DNA of 50,769 nucleotides from a virus (Duplodnaviria; Caudoviricetes): IMG/VR virus record IMGVR_UViG_3300011425_000005, positions 1 to 50,769 of that record; one strand, 5' to 3'. Shown piece by piece: positions 45,754 to 50,769 of this stretch (position 1 is its first letter; each line of letters starts with the position of its first letter). The notes under the pieces were generated by a model. It saw only the letters and a program-made list of their open reading frames with translations, ran no database searches and was not told where the DNA came from. The position numbers and the translations under genes were made by a program.

Positions 45754-46596
45754 ATGGAATCACCAGAACATGGCAAAACTAAGGATTCTAAACCTGTCGC
45801 TTCAGCTTATGAAAAGCCAGAGGTTGCACGATCATTTGGATCATATTTATTATCCCCATTCTACTCTTCCCCTGATATTCCTACAGAGGTCGTCATTCCT
45901 CCTGTTTCACTTTCTCCACTTTCTGACTTTAGTCACAGAGAACAATCAGCGCCACCAAGTCCTGTGCAAGAATTAGTTTTAGAGGATGTTGATTTAAAAT
46001 CTAAAAAAGAAGAGGTCGTAACTGAACATGAACAATCAAGAAGATTAAGGAGAGCAAAACGTGCTGAAAGGAGATCTCGTGTTGCAACCTCTCAAAATCC
46101 AGATGATTATTATTCTGAAGTAGAGGAATATGCTAAATTTCGCTCTAAAGAAATGGATAGCGCTAAATCTGAGATTACTAGATTAAGCTCAATTCTTGTA
46201 AACCAGCAGGAACAAATGGAAATAATGAAACAAATGATAGAAAAGGATAGACAATTCTCCCATAAAGCAATTTGTGCAGCTGAGAGCAGAGAAGCTGACG
46301 TGAGATCTGAATTACGCATAGTGATTCAGGAACGCGAAGCTCTATCTAGAGCATTATCTATAAAAGAAGAAGAGCAGAAAGGGAGTTCAGAATCTAGAGA
46401 GGCAAAATCAAGGGAAGAAGCTTCAGCAATTAGATTAGCCGAGGAGCAGAATCAGTCATTAACTCTTCAGTTAAGAGCATTAGAGCAAGAAAAACAAGCT
46501 TCACTTCTTGAAAGTATAAGATTGGCCCAAGAAAGAATGTCCACTGAAAGGCAGTCAACATTGATGAAAGCTGAGGTTGAAAGGGTTGGGTTTTAA
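45754..46596 (+). CDS. S/P-rich plus coiled-coil protein (moron, effector-like)
   Basis: GGAG SD before MESPEH; disordered S/P-rich N-third, long E/R/Q coiled coil. Confidence 0.65.
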   Translation: MESPEHGKTKDSKPVASAYEKPEVARSFGSYLLSPFYSSPDIPTEVVIPPVSLSPLSDFSHREQSAPPSPVQELVLEDVDLKSKKEEVVTEHEQSRRLRRAKRAERRSRVATSQNPDDYYSEVEEYAKFRSKEMDSAKSEITRLSSILVNQQEQMEIMKQMIEKDRQFSHKAICAAESREADVRSELRIVIQEREALSRALSIKEEEQKGSSESREAKSREEASAIRLAEEQNQSLTLQLRALEQEKQASLLESIRLAQERMSTERQSTLMKAEVERVGF

Positions 46597-46744
46597 TAAA
46601 GACATAGTGCCATTGACTATATAATTTAAATAATTAATAAGAAAGCTTGCATTCTTAAAAAAACTATCATACACTGCTTTTAGGCTATCTTTTCTTCTGG
46701 CTACGGTTTTGTATCGTTTAAACTTTGCTGGATGAAATTTTCGA

Positions 46745-49141
46745 ATGCCAATATACCCAGATGACTTAAACTCAGCAGACTTCTCAGATTTTAACCAAAA
46801 TCAATTAAACCCGTTTTCAGATTATCAAGGCGAAGACTATTTAAACTTGCCTGATAATATCGATTTCGCTGCCGAAGAAAAAGCAGGGGGTATGACTGGC
46901 GTCCCCTCTGCTGGCGGTGAATCCTTCTATAGAAATATTGCCGAATATATTGATGAAAAGACTTTAGATACACTAGCCGGTGAGATTATTGATGGCGTTG
47001 AAAGTGATATAGAAAGCCGTAAGAAATGGGAAAGCTCCATAGAGACAATCATAAAATATCTCGGATGGGAAGTTGATGATTTCAAGAAAAAGCTATGTGG
47101 AGCTTATGACAATACCTTATCAATAACCCTAATGAACTTCTTTGCTGTAATTAAGGGTGAGATGTTACCTCCAAATGGACCCACTAAGGCCATTGCTCAG
47201 GGTAATGTTGATGATGAGCAGTTAATGATTTCAGAAAAGCTTGCCACCTTTTTTAATTATGCTCTTACCGTACTTGACAGGGGATATTATCCTGACAAGG
47301 AAAGAATGATATTATATGTAGGTCTATTCGGAATAGGATTTACAAAAGTATTCCAAGACCCTCTTACAAAAGAAATTAGGTCAAGATTTATAAAGCCACA
47401 GGATTTAATCATTAACAATGAGTGTACTTCCCTATTAGAGTCAACTAGGATAACACAGGTTATGCAGTTGTCAAGAAAAGAAGTTATGCTTAAAGAGCGT
47501 GATGGGATTTATTTGAGAGATGTTGCGAAAAATTCAACTGAAGAAGATTCTGATCATTCTGAAATAAACCAAGTAATCAATGAGATTGATGGTATTACAA
47601 AGTACAACAATGATTCTAATAGAGATAGAACTCTTTTAGATTTTTATGAGGCGCATGTTGAACTTTCTCCATCAAGATTATCCGACAGAGCGGGGCAAGA
47701 TTCTTCCGACGACAATGAAGATAATCTGGATAATATACCAAGACCTTATATTGTTGATATCTGCAAATCTACAAAAAAGATTGCCTCAATTAAAAGAAAC
47801 TGGAAAGAAGAAGACAATAACTTTAAAAGAATAGAATGCTTCGTTAAATGGAATTTCATGCCAGGACTTGGAATGTATGGTAATGGATTAGGTCAATTAA
47901 TGGGTTCTAACTCTATTGTATTGACAAATACGTTGAGGCAAACGGTTGACAGCATTACATTTGGTAATTTCCCAGGTGGATTTATAAAGAAAGGATGTAC
48001 GCCAGATGTGAACAATATTACTGTTCATCCTGGAGAATATATACCTGTTGATACCGATGATAAGCCAACATCTGAAATATATTCCTTATTGCCTTTCCCA
48101 GGGCCTTCTACAGTTGGTCTGCAGCTTATAAATCAAATAAAAGCTGATACGGCTATGCTAGGAGGAGCAGCTCAGCAGGCTTCTCCCGTTGGAAGCTCAG
48201 AGGCTCCTGTAGGTACTACTTTAGCTAATATTGAAATTGCAGATAGATTCCCCTCCAACATATTGCAATCATTTATTAGCTCATTTAATTATGAACTAGA
48301 AATAATTAGAGATAATTTTAAAGAATATTTTGATGAGCCATATCAATTTGACGTTCCCGGAAAATCATATGAAGTAAGGCGGGAAGATTTTGATAGGAAC
48401 ATTAGCATTGTTTCAATTGCAGACCCCAATCTTTCAACAAAAAGCCAAAGAATTTTGATAAATGAGCTTGTTATAAGGATTGCGAGAGAAAATCCAGGAA
48501 CGATTGATTTAAAAGAAGCAGTTAAGCGTCTTATTAAATCTATTAATGTTGAAGATATTGATAAATTAATGCCTCCTCCAGAAAGTATCGTTCCAATGGA
48601 CCCTATAACTGAAAATATGAGCATGTTAAACGGGAAGGGCGCAAAAGCATCAATAGAGCAAGACCACGCATCTCATAGAATTGTTCATGCTTCATTAATA
48701 CAAATGCTTTCACAAGATCCAACAAAACAAGGTGAGCTTGCTATTGCTAAAGCTCATGATACTGAACATCAAACTTTTGAATATCTATTACAGATGCAAA
48801 TGTCAATGGGTATGCAAATGCCTGATCCTAGGATGCTTCAAGACCCTCAAATCCAAAATCAAATAGCTATGGCTGCGGCACAAGCATTACAGCAACAACA
48901 GCAGCAACAGGCTCAAGCGAACCCTCCACCGCCTAGTCCTACAGCCGTTATGATGGAAGATATTAAGCAAAAGAGAGAGTCTGCTCTTCTTAAGCATCAG
49001 GAATCAGAGCTTAAAGCTGAAACTGAAGCATTTAAGGTGCAGACAAAGTTTGAGACAGATCAATTACAAATGGATTTAGATAAAGAATTAGCAGAAGAGA
49101 AGAATAAAACTTCTCTTGCTATTGCATCAATGAAACAGTAA
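46745..49141 (+). CDS. Portal protein (P22-like)
   Basis: D.ESRKKW, E.LPPNGP.K, RPYIV.I...IKRNW, FMPGLG.YG.GL, APVGTTLA, DP.TEN, QDH.SH, Q-rich C-terminal barrel. Confidence 0.9.
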   Translation: MPIYPDDLNSADFSDFNQNQLNPFSDYQGEDYLNLPDNIDFAAEEKAGGMTGVPSAGGESFYRNIAEYIDEKTLDTLAGEIIDGVESDIESRKKWESSIETIIKYLGWEVDDFKKKLCGAYDNTLSITLMNFFAVIKGEMLPPNGPTKAIAQGNVDDEQLMISEKLATFFNYALTVLDRGYYPDKERMILYVGLFGIGFTKVFQDPLTKEIRSRFIKPQDLIINNECTSLLESTRITQVMQLSRKEVMLKERDGIYLRDVAKNSTEEDSDHSEINQVINEIDGITKYNNDSNRDRTLLDFYEAHVELSPSRLSDRAGQDSSDDNEDNLDNIPRPYIVDICKSTKKIASIKRNWKEEDNNFKRIECFVKWNFMPGLGMYGNGLGQLMGSNSIVLTNTLRQTVDSITFGNFPGGFIKKGCTPDVNNITVHPGEYIPVDTDDKPTSEIYSLLPFPGPSTVGLQLINQIKADTAMLGGAAQQASPVGSSEAPVGTTLANIEIADRFPSNILQSFISSFNYELEIIRDNFKEYFDEPYQFDVPGKSYEVRREDFDRNISIVSIADPNLSTKSQRILINELVIRIARENPGTIDLKEAVKRLIKSINVEDIDKLMPPPESIVPMDPITENMSMLNGKGAKASIEQDHASHRIVHASLIQMLSQDPTKQGELAIAKAHDTEHQTFEYLLQMQMSMGMQMPDPRMLQDPQIQNQIAMAAAQALQQQQQQQAQANPPPPSPTAVMMEDIKQKRESALLKHQESELKAETEAFKVQTKFETDQLQMDLDKELAEEKNKTSLAIASMKQ

Positions 49142-49164
49142 ATATATTTTGGAGAGAAATTAAC

Positions 49165-49638
49165 ATGAAAAGTACGCATTTCAGCAATAGAGATAGCCTT
49201 AAGGATGCTGTAAGAAATCTTGGATTAAAGCCTTCCGATATTGATATGTCGAATAAGAGAGAGCCTATGAATATGAGCGTATCAGATGTCGTTGAAAAAC
49301 CAATGAACTTTAAGAGAGGCGGAAAAGTTATGGGGATTTCAGTAGCAATAATGCCTGCTCATAAAATGAATCGTATGAAAAAGCCATGTATGAGCAAAGG
49401 TGGAATGCCTGCTATGAATATGGGTGGAATGATGCCTGCTGACGCCGAAGGAGCATATAGAAAAGGTGGCATGGCTAAGATGCCAGCCGATAAAATACAT
49501 CGATCTGTTAAAGTGGCAAAATCTTCTACTAAAGGATATAACAAAGGTGGCGCAATGTATGCTGAAGGCGGATTGACTAATACAAAATCAATAAGTTCTA
49601 GTAAGCTTATGTCTAAAGCAATTAAGAAATCAAGATAA
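49165..49638 (+). CDS. Basic low-complexity protein with xxKGG repeats
   Basis: FKRGG, MSKGG, MNMGG, YRKGG, YNKGG, YAEGG; follows portal. Confidence 0.65.
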   Translation: MKSTHFSNRDSLKDAVRNLGLKPSDIDMSNKREPMNMSVSDVVEKPMNFKRGGKVMGISVAIMPAHKMNRMKKPCMSKGGMPAMNMGGMMPADAEGAYRKGGMAKMPADKIHRSVKVAKSSTKGYNKGGAMYAEGGLTNTKSISSSKLMSKAIKKSR

Positions 49639-49663
49639 GTAACAATTCTTTAAAAGGACTTCG

Positions 49664-49918
49664 ATGAGGATTGATTTAAGCAATACACCTGTAGAGTATT
49701 TTATAGAAAATTATCTATTAAAAAGTAGAGGTAAACAAGCTTCATATCAAGAGAAAATTTGCTCTGGAAATTTGAAGGACTATGAAGAGTATAGATTTTA
49801 TGCCGGAAAGCTTAAAGGATTAACGGAAGCGGATGATATTATGAAATCAACTTATAGGTCACTTTTTGAGGTTATCGAAAAGGAAAACAAAGATAGGGAA
49901 ATCTATGATCAAGAATAG
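49664..49918 (+). CDS. Conserved head-module hypothetical protein
   Basis: G..KDYEEYRFYAGKLKGL motif that typically precedes phage GroES. Confidence 0.65.
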   Translation: MRIDLSNTPVEYFIENYLLKSRGKQASYQEKICSGNLKDYEEYRFYAGKLKGLTEADDIMKSTYRSLFEVIEKENKDREIYDQE

Positions 49919-50351
49919 AAGCTTGACCAGTTATATAGAAGATCATGAAGAGGATGAAGCCAAACAATTCATTGAAGAGGAGCTTGGATTTTCTTTACCT
50001 GAGGCTACTGGCAATAGGCTTATTGTTAAGATTTACATTCGTCCAGAAGAGTTGTCTACCTTTAAAAATGATAAAGGTGAAACTGTTAGTATTTATATGC
50101 CAGAAATTTATTTAGATGGAGATAAATATAAAAACTTTGCAGCACTTGTATTAAGTGTTGGTGAGAAATGTTTTTCTGGAGAAGAATATAAAGATTCTGG
50201 TCCTGGTTGTAAAGTGGGTGATTGGATAACCATAGCAAGAAACGATGGTGGTCAACAGTATATCTATAGAGGCATAGCAGTTCAGGATATACCTGTTAGT
50301 GCAATTCTATCTGTTATTCAAGATCCGGCATATGTTGAACGTTTAATTTAA
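49905..50351 (+). CDS. GroES-like co-chaperonin 1
   Basis: PEATGNRLIVK, ALVLSVG, CKVGDW, ILSVIQDP; likely start 49905. Confidence 0.75.
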   Translation: MIKNRSLTSYIEDHEEDEAKQFIEEELGFSLPEATGNRLIVKIYIRPEELSTFKNDKGETVSIYMPEIYLDGDKYKNFAALVLSVGEKCFSGEEYKDSGPGCKVGDWITIARNDGGQQYIYRGIAVQDIPVSAILSVIQDPAYVERLI

Positions 50352-50362
50352 GGAGAAATTTT

Positions 50363-50769
50363 ATGGAAGATTCATGGAACTTTGAAAAAGAATTTGGATT
50401 TAACCCTCCAAGACCTTTGGGCGATAGAGTTTGCATTATGAGATATACAAAAAAGTATTCTGATACTGTTCTTATTGCTAATCAAACTGAAGATAGAGCT
50501 AAATTTGAATCAATTGTAGGTCGCATTGTGAAGTTAGGAAGCGCATGCTTTAAGGGAGACTTATTTAAAGAATGGGATCAAGAAGATTTATATAAAGTTG
50601 GAGATTACGTTACTTTTAAAGTCAATCCTGGAACTTGGTTCAAATATGGACCACAAGATATGGAAAACTCATCAATTTCATTAATCCATGGCGTTCCTCC
50701 AAAAGAAGGAAGAGAAAGACCAGTTTTAACTATTGTATTCGATGATTCTATTAATAGCATTGTAGAAGA
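50363..50769 (+). CDS. GroES-like co-chaperonin 2 (runs off the end; closes at 26-28 if circular)
   Basis: AAGGAG SD; RPLGDRV, VGRIVKLG, KVGDYV, FDDSINSIVE; missing from the ORF track because it has no stop in the window. Confidence 0.75.
   Translation, partial: MEDSWNFEKEFGFNPPRPLGDRVCIMRYTKKYSDTVLIANQTEDRAKFESIVGRIVKLGSACFKGDLFKEWDQEDLYKVGDYVTFKVNPGTWFKYGPQDMENSSISLIHGVPPKEGRERPVLTIVFDDSINSIVE

Overview
The window is an AT-rich, apparently near-complete and circularly permuted genome of a short-tailed (podovirus-like) dsDNA phage. The virion block wraps across the window ends: terL (43617), portal (46745), two GroES-like genes, scaffold, Mu-gpT-type major capsid, three decoration paralogs, adaptor/nozzle, five Gly/Gln-rich ejection proteins and two tail fibres. 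The rest holds a lambda O/P-like replication pair with iterons, RecT, VRR-NUC, MarR and RHH regulators, a DRB0094-family RNA ligase and many small ORFans. I recognise no integrase, DNA polymerase or endolysin. Two things stand out. (1) Non-coding RNA content is high: two canonical tRNAs, five tRNA-like RNAs that keep a T-arm and acceptor but have a replaced, expanded or eroded anticodon domain (three in one promoter-driven cluster at 36.0-36.46 kb), a ~170-nt four-way-junction RNA where terS would normally sit, and a pseudoknotted leader before the capsid operon. (2) There are signs of a host living inside eukaryotic cells: a putative ejection protein with Pro-rich repeats and WH2-like actin-binding motifs, two outer-membrane beta-barrels and effector-like ORFs. 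All calls come from motif recognition and base-pairing by eye; no searches or folding programs were run.
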